A stretch of DNA of 42,368 nt from a virus (lineage: Duplodnaviria > Caudoviricetes), in the IMG/VR virus record IMGVR_UViG_3300048849_000157, positions 1-42,368 of that record, one strand, 5' to 3'. Below, piece by piece: positions 15,637 to 23,905 of the stretch. The position numbers were made by a program, and so were the translations under genes. Numbering within the stretch: the stretch's first letter is position 1; each line of letters begins with the position of its first letter. The notes beneath the pieces are model-generated. The model made no database searches. It was given only the letters and a program-made list of their open reading frames with translations, and was not told where the DNA came from.

Positions 15637-16233
15637 ATGGCGGCGAAGGCACAGAAACTGCGGACCAAGCGCGCTAACCGAGGAGCGGGACGGCCGCGCA
15701 AGGAGGGCGTCGAGAGGTTCCCGTCTGGCAAGGTGAAACCCTCCGAGACCCAGAAGGAAACCATGTCGGTTGCGATCGACGCCAGGCGGAGAATCCACGG
15801 CATGGAAGCAGCGAACGACGACATGATCAAGAAGCAGTACGCCGGCTATACCCTCGGACGGATCTACCTCGACGGCAAGATCACGGAAGAGCAGTTGATG
15901 GCAGGCGACGAATTTTCCATAGTCGTGGAGCGTTATTTCCGCATGACCGGAGCACCGTCCCCAAATCCTCGCGCCCAGTCTCTTTTCAACGTCGCTGGGC
16001 ATGACGGCGAGCAGACCGATGACCAGGCTTCAAGGGCGCGGCGCGCTACCAATAAGATGATGGAGCTCCAAAGAGTCCTATTGCTCTGCGAAGACGGACC
16101 GCAGGTAAAGTCCACAGTCTACAACGTAGTCGTCTTAGACCTCGACCATCTTAGAGGGATGCACCCACAGCAGATGCTCTATTTGAAGAGAGGACTTAAT
16201 GCCCTCAAGGATCATAAGGGGCGGTCAGCATGA
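15637..16233 (+). CDS. putative late-gene regulator (Q-position)
   Basis: GAGG RBS; GRPRK N-terminus, LGR..L.G.IT..Q..AG and L.RGL.AL motifs; last early gene before the late promoter. Confidence 0.6.
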   Translation: MAAKAQKLRTKRANRGAGRPRKEGVERFPSGKVKPSETQKETMSVAIDARRRIHGMEAANDDMIKKQYAGYTLGRIYLDGKITEEQLMAGDEFSIVVERYFRMTGAPSPNPRAQSLFNVAGHDGEQTDDQASRARRATNKMMELQRVLLLCEDGPQVKSTVYNVVVLDLDHLRGMHPQQMLYLKRGLNALKDHKGRSA

Positions 16234-16375
16234 AAACAAAATTCAGACCATGCTGTGTGTCTCAGATCCACAGAGGCGAACGCTGGGCGTGGCTCACGAA
16301 AAGGGAACTGGCTCCTATCCGCAAGAAACGTGTGGCTTGTCAGGGGATTGCGAGCCCTTTTGGAGCACAAGAGGC

Positions 16376-16429
16376 TTGCCAAATCAAGCCCATGACTCTA
16401 CCGTAATTTTAGACTAGGGCGATTTGCCC
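16376..16429 (+). promoter_or_regulatory. putative late promoter with leader hairpin
   Basis: TTGCCA-N17-TACCGT followed by a GGGCGATTTGCCC hairpin. Confidence 0.45.
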
Positions 16430-16439
16430 GCAACCACTT

Positions 16440-17085
16440 AGGGGCCAGTAACATGGCGTCTGGCGATTAGCGGTGGGGTGGTCTCTTCTGGATGTGGCTA
16501 AGCCCCACGTTTCGCTGGCCGTGCAAGACCTCACGGCACAATTTCAGCAATCCCTCTCCGGGGGTGCGCCAGAGAGAGGCTAGAGGGAGTTGTTACCCCT
16601 TGATGCCTCTCTCACAAATTCGAGGCGATTGCCTCAACGAGATCAGGAAGATGATGCGCGGTGCTGTACTGGGTTAGCAGCCGGCCGGGAAGGCCAACTA
16701 ACCTCGCATCTTGAGTGGCCCAGCGATCTTCCTGTGCCTATAATATTACCGCCGAGGGACCTTGTAGGCTCGGCATAGATGGCGCAAATGCCATCGACTA
16801 ACCGGGAAGGGCGATTAACATCGCTGCATCTGTGCGGAGCGCATGATACGGTTCTTGGGTGACAAGCGTCTCCTTTGGCCCTTCCCGTACCAACCGCCAG
16901 CGATGGTGCACAGTTTGGATGGTAGCGCGGAACAAGACGCAAACGCCTAAGTGCCCTGCCTGAATAAGGGTGATGCCTTCCAAAGCCTTCGTAGAGTTCC
17001 CGGGATTTTCCCGTGAGGGACGAAATAACCATTACATTTCGGTGGGTTGGGGTAAAGGCGCAAGCCCTCACGATGCCAGCCGAAA
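16440..17085 (+). ncRNA. cluster of candidate structured RNAs in the late leader
   Basis: No credible ORF; successive closed domains with 6-11 bp stems (see findings). Confidence 0.45.
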
Positions 17086-17087
17086 CA

Positions 17088-17113
17088 CCCGCCGGGGCCA
17101 TCATCCTGGCGGG
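17088..17113. terminator. GC-rich hairpin terminator of the minus-strand moron
   Basis: CCCGCCGGG..CCTGGCGGG just after the stop of 17120-17311. Confidence 0.55.
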
Positions 17114-17119
17114 ATATCT

Positions 17120-17311
17120 TCAGGAGTACGGTTCCATACGGTGAAGAAGCGCACGGCAAGCCAAGGCTGTCCGTCTATCGGCTCCGTTCTTCTTCATCGA
17201 CACGACTGAGTTAGCGGAAATGCCAAGCAACTCTGCGCATTTGGCGTCAGAGCGGGCAAGGCCCGTTACCTTCATCTCGGCAAGCCATCGGATGAATTCA
17301 TCAGAGGTCAT
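17120..17311 (-). CDS. small HTH protein (moron regulator)
   Basis: MT.DEF..W...M...SDAKCAELLGIS.NSV..ALAC. Confidence 0.7.
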   Translation of the reverse strand: MTSDEFIRWLAEMKVTGLARSDAKCAELLGISANSVVSMKKNGADRRTALACRALLHRMEPYS

Positions 17312-17505
17312 TTCTTTAGTTCTCTCGCTTTGTTCATCGTCATGCCGCCCATGTCTCTCAAGGATGTGCCGAGGCGGCGTAAGATCTCAGCGTTTTCTTC
17401 CTCGTTGATGGCGTCACCAAGCTCTCGGAGAAGGCCCTCCAGCCGGTTGCTACCGGCCAACCTACCAACGTAAAAACTAAAGTCCTTACGCATGCAGGTC
17501 ATCAC
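17308..17505 (-). CDS. hypothetical moron protein
   Basis: overlaps both neighbours in a three-gene operon. Confidence 0.5.
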   Translation of the reverse strand: MMTCMRKDFSFYVGRLAGSNRLEGLLRELGDAINEEENAEILRRLGTSLRDMGGMTMNKARELKK

Positions 17506-17680
17506 AGCTAGAGGCGAGCCAGTAAGCGCGGTGTGACTTAGCCATAATGCCGGTCACGGCTACTTCGATCTTTGCCTTGCCGCTGAATGTGTCGACGTAA
17601 CGCGAGACAACCAAGGCCTCTGTACCAGTCTTCTTGTTGCTGACCCATTCGCTTGCTGTGTCTGCGTTGATCTTGGTCAT
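17486..17680 (-). CDS. hypothetical moron protein
   Basis: AAGGAG RBS; start MTKINAD. Confidence 0.6.
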   Translation of the reverse strand: MTKINADTASEWVSNKKTGTEALVVSRYVDTFSGKAKIEVAVTGIMAKSHRAYWLASSCDDLHA

Positions 17681-17705
17681 GTCGATCTCCTTGGTTGATG
17701 CCCTA

Positions 17706-17733
17706 ATCATACAAGCTACTTGTATGAAGTCAA
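17706..17733 (-). promoter_or_regulatory. moron promoter with palindromic operator
   Basis: TTGACT-N16-TATGAT overlapping TCATACAAG-CTA-CTTGTATGA (17707-17727). Confidence 0.7.
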
Positions 17734-18008
17734 CAGGAGATCAAAGTTAGTTTGACGTTTTCGCCGCTTTTTATCTAGCCGGCTTGTATGGGGGACGGCA
17801 TATGATCGATTGGAGCTCCGTCTCAGACGAAGAGTTCATCGAGCAAGCCAACATCCGCACAGCTCAAGGCCATTGGTCACCAGACCGTTTCATGACGCAG
17901 TTCCAGAGCGATGACCGCGCAAAGCTAGGCGTTCTCCGCTCTGCTCGCGGTCAACACGACGCTTCCAGGGCGGGAAGACAGATACCAGACCCATCAGGGG
18001 GAAATGTG

Positions 18009-18143
18009 ATGCGCAAAGCAGGCTTCCACATCCTCGCCGCTGCGCTCATCACAGCTTCGCTCATCTCCTGCGCCTCAAGAGAAGACCAGTATTGGTCCGA
18101 TATCGGCGCCATTGTCGACCAGACGCAGCCGAAGCGGCTCTGA
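18009..18143 (+). CDS. small lipoprotein (44 aa)
   Basis: MRKAGFHILAAALITASLISC signal with lipobox; AGGGG RBS; in frame with a longer ORF from 17802. Confidence 0.55.
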   Translation: MRKAGFHILAAALITASLISCASREDQYWSDIGAIVDQTQPKRL

Positions 18144-18164
18144 ATTTAATCATAGGAAATCAAA

Positions 18165-18440
18165 ATGGCCCGTGGTGGTAAGCGCGATGGTGCTGGCCGG
18201 CCTGCTGGCGCTTTGACTGAGAAGACCAGGGAGACTGCAGAGGCAGCTTTTAAAGCTGGCCTGACGCCTCTCGAGTACATGCTTGACGTCCTACGCAATG
18301 AGGCTGCTGACCCCAAGGATCGCATGTGGGCCGCTGAGAAGGCCGCCCCATACGTTCACGCGAAACTTGCCAGCGTCGAACATAAAGGCGAAGGCGGCGG
18401 GCCGCTGCAAATCATCATCCAGAGGCTAGGCAGTGAATAA
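18165..18440 (+). CDS. terS: terminase small subunit
   Basis: RGGKRDGAGRP..TPLEYML..AAEKAAPYVHAKL; upstream of terL. Confidence 0.75.
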   Translation: MARGGKRDGAGRPAGALTEKTRETAEAAFKAGLTPLEYMLDVLRNEAADPKDRMWAAEKAAPYVHAKLASVEHKGEGGGPLQIIIQRLGSE

Positions 18441-18948
18441 GTCTGAATACCTTCGCAAATGGCGCGAGGAAAACCCAGAGAAAGTTGCGGCAGGCAAAGC
18501 AAGGTCGCTGGCACGACGCAAACAGCGGTGGGACGAATTCCTCAAGATCGAGCGGGAGCGGTATGCGGCAGACCCTTCTAAGAAGGCCGAGGCGCAGCGT
18601 AAGCGTATCGAGAATGACCCGAACGGCCGGAAAGCTATTGTCCGCCGCTCGTATGAGAAAAATCAACACAAGTTCATAGCCCGCGTTGCTAAGCGGAAGG
18701 CTGCGAAGCTTCAGGCCACTCCGGCCTGGGCGGACATGCAAAAGATCGAGCGCTTCTATCTAGAAGCAAGACGCCTGACAGAAGAAACGGGCGTCCTCCA
18801 TGAGGTGGACCATATTTACCCGCTTCAAGGGAAGACGGTTTGCGGGCTGCACGTACACACCAATCTACGGGTCGTGACGAGGGCTGACAACCGAGCCAAA
18901 GGGGCCAAGATTGTCGAAAGTCTTCCTACCCAATGGCTGGCGGCCTAG
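18433..18948 (+). CDS. HNH homing-type endonuclease
   Basis: ATPAWAD..HEVDHIYPLQGKTVCGLHV..NLRV..DNRAK. Confidence 0.85.
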   Translation: MNKSEYLRKWREENPEKVAAGKARSLARRKQRWDEFLKIERERYAADPSKKAEAQRKRIENDPNGRKAIVRRSYEKNQHKFIARVAKRKAAKLQATPAWADMQKIERFYLEARRLTEETGVLHEVDHIYPLQGKTVCGLHVHTNLRVVTRADNRAKGAKIVESLPTQWLAA

Positions 18949-20287
18949 AGACTATCAGAAGCCACTTTGGTCATACCTGGAGAATGGCGGCAAACGCGCA
19001 ATAGGGATTTGGCATCGGCGCGCTGGCAAAGATGATGTCCTGCTTCACCGGACAGCCGTTGCTGCATTCGAGAGGCAGGCCACCTACTGGACGGCTCTAC
19101 CTGAGTATGCTCAGGCTCGGAAAGCGCTTTGGACAGCTGTTAACCCACACTCTGGCAAGCGTCGGATAGATGAGGCGTTCCCTCACGAAATTCGTGAGAC
19201 CACTAACGAGCAGGAGATGTTCATCCGCTTCGTCAACGGATCGACGTGGCAATTGATCGGCTCGGATCGGTACAACAGCCTCGTGGGTGCAGGTGTCGCA
19301 GGGGTAACGTTTTCTGAGTTTGCTTTGGCGAACCCCTCGTCATGGGGTTACATCAGGCCGATGCTCGAAGAAAATAACGGTTGGGCAGCCTTCATTACTA
19401 CGCCACGTGGAAGAAACCACGCTCATTCGATGTATGAGATGGCGAAAGCGAACCCAAAGTGGTTCTCGGAGACCCTAAGCGTTCACGACACAGGTGCTTT
19501 GTCCACCGAGCAGATCACCGAAAGCCTTGAGGAATACCAAGCTCTCTATGGCGAAGATATTGGGACCGCCCAATTTGCCCAAGAGTATGAGGTGTCCTTC
19601 AACGCTGCGATCCTAGGCGCCTTCTACGCTCGAGAGATGGTTGCTCTCCGCAGGGAAGGGCGCATCACTGAAGAGTGCGAGCCTGACCTCAGCAGGCCAG
19701 TCCACCGTGCCTGGGACATCGGGGTAAAGGACGACACCAGCATCTGGTGGTTTCAGGTCGTAGGGTCTCAGGTGTTCATCCTGGACTGCTACAGCCAATC
19801 GGGCGTCGGTTTGGACCATTACGCGGATATCGTCCACAAGCGCCACAGGGAGCGCGGCTGGATACTCGGACAGGACTTTGTGCCTCACGACGCCAAAGTC
19901 AAGGAGTGGGGCACCGGCCGCACTCGTGTAGAGACCATGCGGGAATACGATCTGAAGCCGTTCCTCGTGCCCATGGCGACGAAGATGGACGGCATCAACG
20001 CAGTTCGCCAGACCCTCCCACGCTGCCTGTTCCACCCTGACTGCGAAGCCCAAGGCATTGCGGCTCTGGAGCAGTACCGGCGCGAATGGGACGACGAGAA
20101 GAAGTCGTTCAAAGCCTCTGAAGTTCACGACTGGTCGTCCCACTTGGCCGATGCGTTCCGATATCTCGCGATGTCATGGCGCACGATACCAGAGACCATC
20201 ATCGAGCAGCCCCGCATTGCTCCTCCCGGCAAGATCATCGCTCCACCGCCTCCGATGTCAACGCGAACGAAACGGATCTCGCTATGA
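18911..20287 (+). CDS. terL: terminase large subunit
   Basis: PRDYQ, HRRAGKD (Walker A), TFSE (Walker B), TTPRG, WDIG and H.ADAFRY motifs; TTG start. Confidence 0.92.
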   Translation: MSKVFLPNGWRPRDYQKPLWSYLENGGKRAIGIWHRRAGKDDVLLHRTAVAAFERQATYWTALPEYAQARKALWTAVNPHSGKRRIDEAFPHEIRETTNEQEMFIRFVNGSTWQLIGSDRYNSLVGAGVAGVTFSEFALANPSSWGYIRPMLEENNGWAAFITTPRGRNHAHSMYEMAKANPKWFSETLSVHDTGALSTEQITESLEEYQALYGEDIGTAQFAQEYEVSFNAAILGAFYAREMVALRREGRITEECEPDLSRPVHRAWDIGVKDDTSIWWFQVVGSQVFILDCYSQSGVGLDHYADIVHKRHRERGWILGQDFVPHDAKVKEWGTGRTRVETMREYDLKPFLVPMATKMDGINAVRQTLPRCLFHPDCEAQGIAALEQYRREWDDEKKSFKASEVHDWSSHLADAFRYLAMSWRTIPETIIEQPRIAPPGKIIAPPPPMSTRTKRISL

Positions 20288-20478
20288 GCCGCAAAACATT
20301 CGCGCAGGTCAAAGGCGAGCAGCGTAAGGCTGACATAGACGAGGTTGTATCCCGTCTTCAAACGATGGGCCTTTCCCAAGAAGCGGAAGCGATCCGCAGG
20401 GCCATGACGGGCGAATGGCGCGTCACATGGCCTTACCTGGATGAAACCAGGCATTCACTTCAGGATATCAGCCTTTGA
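20284..20478 (+). CDS. hypothetical protein
   Basis: coupled to both terL and portal (ATGA, TTGA). Confidence 0.5.
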   Translation: MSRKTFAQVKGEQRKADIDEVVSRLQTMGLSQEAEAIRRAMTGEWRVTWPYLDETRHSLQDISL

Positions 20479-22820
20479 CCGAGACAGCAGACCTTGAGCA
20501 GCGCGACTATGATCCGAGCATCGAGCCGGAACTGTCGAAGGCATGGCTCAACCTCATTGAGGACGCTGAAAAGGCGCTGAAGCCGTATCAGGAGATCTCC
20601 GACAGCATCGACAAGAAGTTTGCGGACCTGGAGCGCCTGGCGAGGACTGCGACAGGCGACCGTGAGTTCCAGATGTTCTGGGCCAATATCCAGGTGCTGG
20701 GACCGTCGATCTACTCGCGCCCTCCTGTGCCGGTCGTCGTGCCGAGGTTCCGCAACCGCAAGCCTATCCCGCGTGCTGCATCGGAGCTTCTGGAGCGTGT
20801 AGCCTCTGTCACGTTCGAGATGGAGGATATTGATTCCACCATGCGGCTCATCCGTGATGACCTGACGCGCCTTGCAAGGGGCAGCGCCTGGATCAGATAC
20901 GAGGAGCGCAAGGGCAAGAAGCGTGAGCACGTCTGCATCGAGCATGTCGATCGCCGCGACTTCCTGCACGCGCCGGCCCGTAAGTGGCAAGAGGTTGATT
21001 GGGTAGCTCGTCGGGCATGGATGACGCCTGAAGAGATGAAGGAGCGCTTCAAGGGCAAGGACTGGGAGAACGCATCGTTCCAGGAGAATGACCGCGATCA
21101 GAAGGACCGCGGCTTCAGTGACCCGATCAAGAAGGCCGGCGTCTGGGAAATCTGGAGCAAGTGCGAAGACAAGGTTGTATGGGTCACCGAGGGCGTCGAA
21201 GAGGTTCTTGAGAGCGATGATCCGCACCTGAAGCTTGACGGCTTCTTCCCATGCCCACGCCCCGCCTATGCCACCGTGCAGCCGGGCTCGCTTATCCCCG
21301 TCCCTGATTACGTCTACTACAAGGACCAGATCAGCGAAATCAACGAACTCACGGCCCGCATCTCTGCCCTCTCGGACGCGCTGAAGCTCAAGGGCTTCTA
21401 TCCCGGCGGCGGCGAGATTGGGGACGCTATCGAAGCCGCCATGAAGCGGACTGACGATGCCGCCATCATGGTCCCTATCGCCAACTGGGCTGCATTCGGT
21501 GGGCAGGGTGAGCAGATCATCTGGCTGCCGATCGACATGGTTGCCACGACGATTTCGGGGCTTGTTGAGCTTCGCAAGCTGCTGATCGAGGACGTTTACC
21601 AGATCACCGGCTTGTCCGACATCATGCGCGGCTCCACCAACGCCAACGAGACGCTCGGAGCGCAGGAGCTCAAGAGCCAGTACGGCTCCATCCGAGTGCG
21701 GGACCGCCAGGATGAGCTGGTCCGCATGGCTCGTGACATCACCCGCATCTCCGCCGAGGTCATGGCTGAAAACTTCTCGCAGAAGACGCTGGAAGACATG
21801 AGCCAGATGGACCTGCCGACCAATGCCAACATCAAGAAGCAGATCAAGGACCTTGAGGAGCAGGCAAAGGGCATCGCGGACGGCGTGAAGAAGCAGATCG
21901 AGGAAGCCCAGAATAACCCTGAGATGATGGCAAAGGCCAAGCAGAACCCGGAAGAAGCGCAGAAAATGCTTCAGCAGCTCCAGGGCCAAGCTCAAGAGCA
22001 AATCAGCCAGATCCAGGAGCAGATCCAGAAGGTAGGCGAGACCGTCACCATCGACCAGGTGATGGAGTTCCTGAAAGAGCAGCGCCTTCGCCCGTTCATC
22101 CTCGACATTGAGACAGACTCCACGATCGCGCCGGACGAGAATGCCCAGAAGCAGCGGGCGACGGAGTTCATAACATCGGTCGGCGGGTATATGGGGCAGG
22201 CTTTCCCGCTCGTTCAGGCTATCCCGCAGGCGGCGCCGCTGGTGTCGGACATGCTGAAGTATGTGGCAAGCCAGTTCAGAGCCGGCCGTGAACTCGACAC
22301 CACCATTGACGAGTTCGCAGAGAGCATGAAGGCCATGGCCGGCCAACCCAAGCCCAACCCGGAAGCAGACGCGGCACAAGCAACGGCACAGGCGGAACAG
22401 CAGCGCCTGCAGATGGACCAGGCGAAGATGCAGGCAGAACTCCAGAGCAAGCAGGCGGATGCACAACTCAAGCAGCAGCAGGCAGCAGCGGATGAGCAGC
22501 GCAAGCAGCAGGCCGCTCAGACCGATCTGCAGATCAAGGCTGCAACTGCCGATCACCAGGCCCAACTGGCAGCGGCAAAGACGGCCAAGGAAGTCGAAGC
22601 TATCCAGCTAGCAGCCCAGCAGGCGGCACAGAAGCACGAGCAGGACCTCGAGCTAGGCGTCCTCAACATTGAGCTTCTGCGCACCAAGATCGAACAGACA
22701 CGGGTTTCCACGGAAAGCACCGTGAAGAAGACGGAGTCCGACATCGAAGCCAAAGAGGCGGGTGTCCAGATCAGCGCCAAGTCTGCCGAGATGAAGTCCG
22801 AACAGGGAAGTGACGAATGA
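20475..22820 (+). CDS. portal protein
   Basis: 781 aa after terL; FFPCPRP and ITGLSDIMRG motifs; long Gln/Ala-rich coiled-coil C-terminus as in P22-like portals. Confidence 0.85.
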   Translation: MTETADLEQRDYDPSIEPELSKAWLNLIEDAEKALKPYQEISDSIDKKFADLERLARTATGDREFQMFWANIQVLGPSIYSRPPVPVVVPRFRNRKPIPRAASELLERVASVTFEMEDIDSTMRLIRDDLTRLARGSAWIRYEERKGKKREHVCIEHVDRRDFLHAPARKWQEVDWVARRAWMTPEEMKERFKGKDWENASFQENDRDQKDRGFSDPIKKAGVWEIWSKCEDKVVWVTEGVEEVLESDDPHLKLDGFFPCPRPAYATVQPGSLIPVPDYVYYKDQISEINELTARISALSDALKLKGFYPGGGEIGDAIEAAMKRTDDAAIMVPIANWAAFGGQGEQIIWLPIDMVATTISGLVELRKLLIEDVYQITGLSDIMRGSTNANETLGAQELKSQYGSIRVRDRQDELVRMARDITRISAEVMAENFSQKTLEDMSQMDLPTNANIKKQIKDLEEQAKGIADGVKKQIEEAQNNPEMMAKAKQNPEEAQKMLQQLQGQAQEQISQIQEQIQKVGETVTIDQVMEFLKEQRLRPFILDIETDSTIAPDENAQKQRATEFITSVGGYMGQAFPLVQAIPQAAPLVSDMLKYVASQFRAGRELDTTIDEFAESMKAMAGQPKPNPEADAAQATAQAEQQRLQMDQAKMQAELQSKQADAQLKQQQAAADEQRKQQAAQTDLQIKAATADHQAQLAAAKTAKEVEAIQLAAQQAAQKHEQDLELGVLNIELLRTKIEQTRVSTESTVKKTESDIEAKEAGVQISAKSAEMKSEQGSDE

Positions 22821-23152
22821 GACAGCGTTTCTGCCGCTCCTGCAGGTCGTGGCACGAGCCGGACGCCTGGCCTATGGAATGCATGCCGACTGTTGCTCAG
22901 TCGCGCTCTGACGCCTTCCCTGTGCCGTACTTCATCAGCGATACGACGGAGCCAATCCTCCACCCGCTGGACCAGAAATACTACACCAGCAAGAGCACGT
23001 TCGAAAAGATCACCCGCGAAGGTGGTTACGAGACAGTCGGGAACGACCCCGCCCGGCTAAGGCAGCCCGTCCGCCCGAAGGCTGACAAGGGCGCAATCAA
23101 GCAGTCGATCGAAAAGGCCATGGCTCGTTTCAATACCGGCGAGCGCGTTTAA
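22817..23152 (+). CDS. hypothetical protein after portal
   Basis: CxxC..WH..C N-terminus; P..ISD..HP.D.KYYTSKS motif. Confidence 0.65.
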   Translation: MRQRFCRSCRSWHEPDAWPMECMPTVAQSRSDAFPVPYFISDTTEPILHPLDQKYYTSKSTFEKITREGGYETVGNDPARLRQPVRPKADKGAIKQSIEKAMARFNTGERV

Positions 23153-23172
23153 ATCTGCCAGGGAGGTGAGCT

Positions 23173-23415
23173 ATGATTACAAATTTGCAGCGGATCTCTC
23201 AAATCGTTTCTCTGTTTTTGGAAGACGTAAAATACAGCGGCGTTAAATTTCGCGACGGGGCGAAGGAAGCTCTGATCGCTGCCGCTGTATGGGCAGGAAG
23301 CGATACAAACAAACTCTGCGATGCAATCGATAACGAATTCAAGAAATGGATCATCCCGGATGGTCTCATGATGCCTTGGGGTAAGGTTATCCCCATCAAG
23401 GCAAAGAAGGCCTAA
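23173..23415 (+). CDS. hypothetical protein (AT-richer)
   Basis: GGAGGT RBS; 80 aa. Confidence 0.55.
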   Translation: MITNLQRISQIVSLFLEDVKYSGVKFRDGAKEALIAAAVWAGSDTNKLCDAIDNEFKKWIIPDGLMMPWGKVIPIKAKKA

Positions 23416-23828
23416 CAGCCCGCCTCATCCAGCAAGATTTTGACCATCTCTCGGACTTTACCCGGTGTAGACGAGCCGCCAGTTGCTTTCATGACCAGCG
23501 CGACAAACTCCGCTTCGGAAAGCTGGAGGTAGTCATCATTCGCCAAGATTGACGCGATGGCGAGAAACAAGGCTCTCGTAGGGCGAAAAGCTCGGGGAGC
23601 ATTATGCATCTCCTCAAACGCCTCAATCATGGGACGATCAATTTCATCTCGGTCCCATTCCCACTGGTTCCTAGCATTTGAAGCCTCGATGTCATCCGCA
23701 GTGAGCCGGTAGGTATCCCGTTCATCTGGGATGAAGTCGGGAAACGACCTGATTAGGTCAGCATACTTAGAGAGATCATTTAGAAGCCAGTTAGGTTCAA
23801 TACGGCCAGCAGTTACCGTCATTTTCAT
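23412..23828 (-). CDS. hypothetical antisense moron protein
   Basis: 138 aa ORF filling the gap before the scaffold gene; stop overlaps that of 23173-23415. Confidence 0.55.
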   Translation of the reverse strand: MKMTVTAGRIEPNWLLNDLSKYADLIRSFPDFIPDERDTYRLTADDIEASNARNQWEWDRDEIDRPMIEAFEEMHNAPRAFRPTRALFLAIASILANDDYLQLSEAEFVALVMKATGGSSTPGKVREMVKILLDEAGC

Positions 23829-23905
23829 AGGGTTTCGCATTCAATCCAGCTCCTTTTGGAAGTGCAGAAACTTACCACACCTCCTCTCAGACAGGAATAA
23901 CCACA

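Noticed and set aside
16230-16406. 58-aa ORF coupled to the late regulator
   Set aside because: No recognisable features and it runs over the predicted late promoter; too weak to call.
16803-16984. phage tRNA genes
   Set aside because: tRNA-sized domains, one followed by ACCA, but no GGTTCRA T-loop or cloverleaf.
16988-17025. hammerhead ribozyme (GAG-stem-CGAAA)
   Set aside because: The CUGANGA core is absent (reads CTTCGTAGAG) and a simple hairpin explains the pairing.
17037-17085. c-di-GMP-I riboswitch-like GGTAAA..GCAA
   Set aside because: Only a fragmentary resemblance; the second stem and receptor are missing.
20460-22565. 701-aa minus-strand ORF
   Set aside because: Antisense shadow of the portal caused by codon bias; the same applies to 25034-26152 and 26189-27238.
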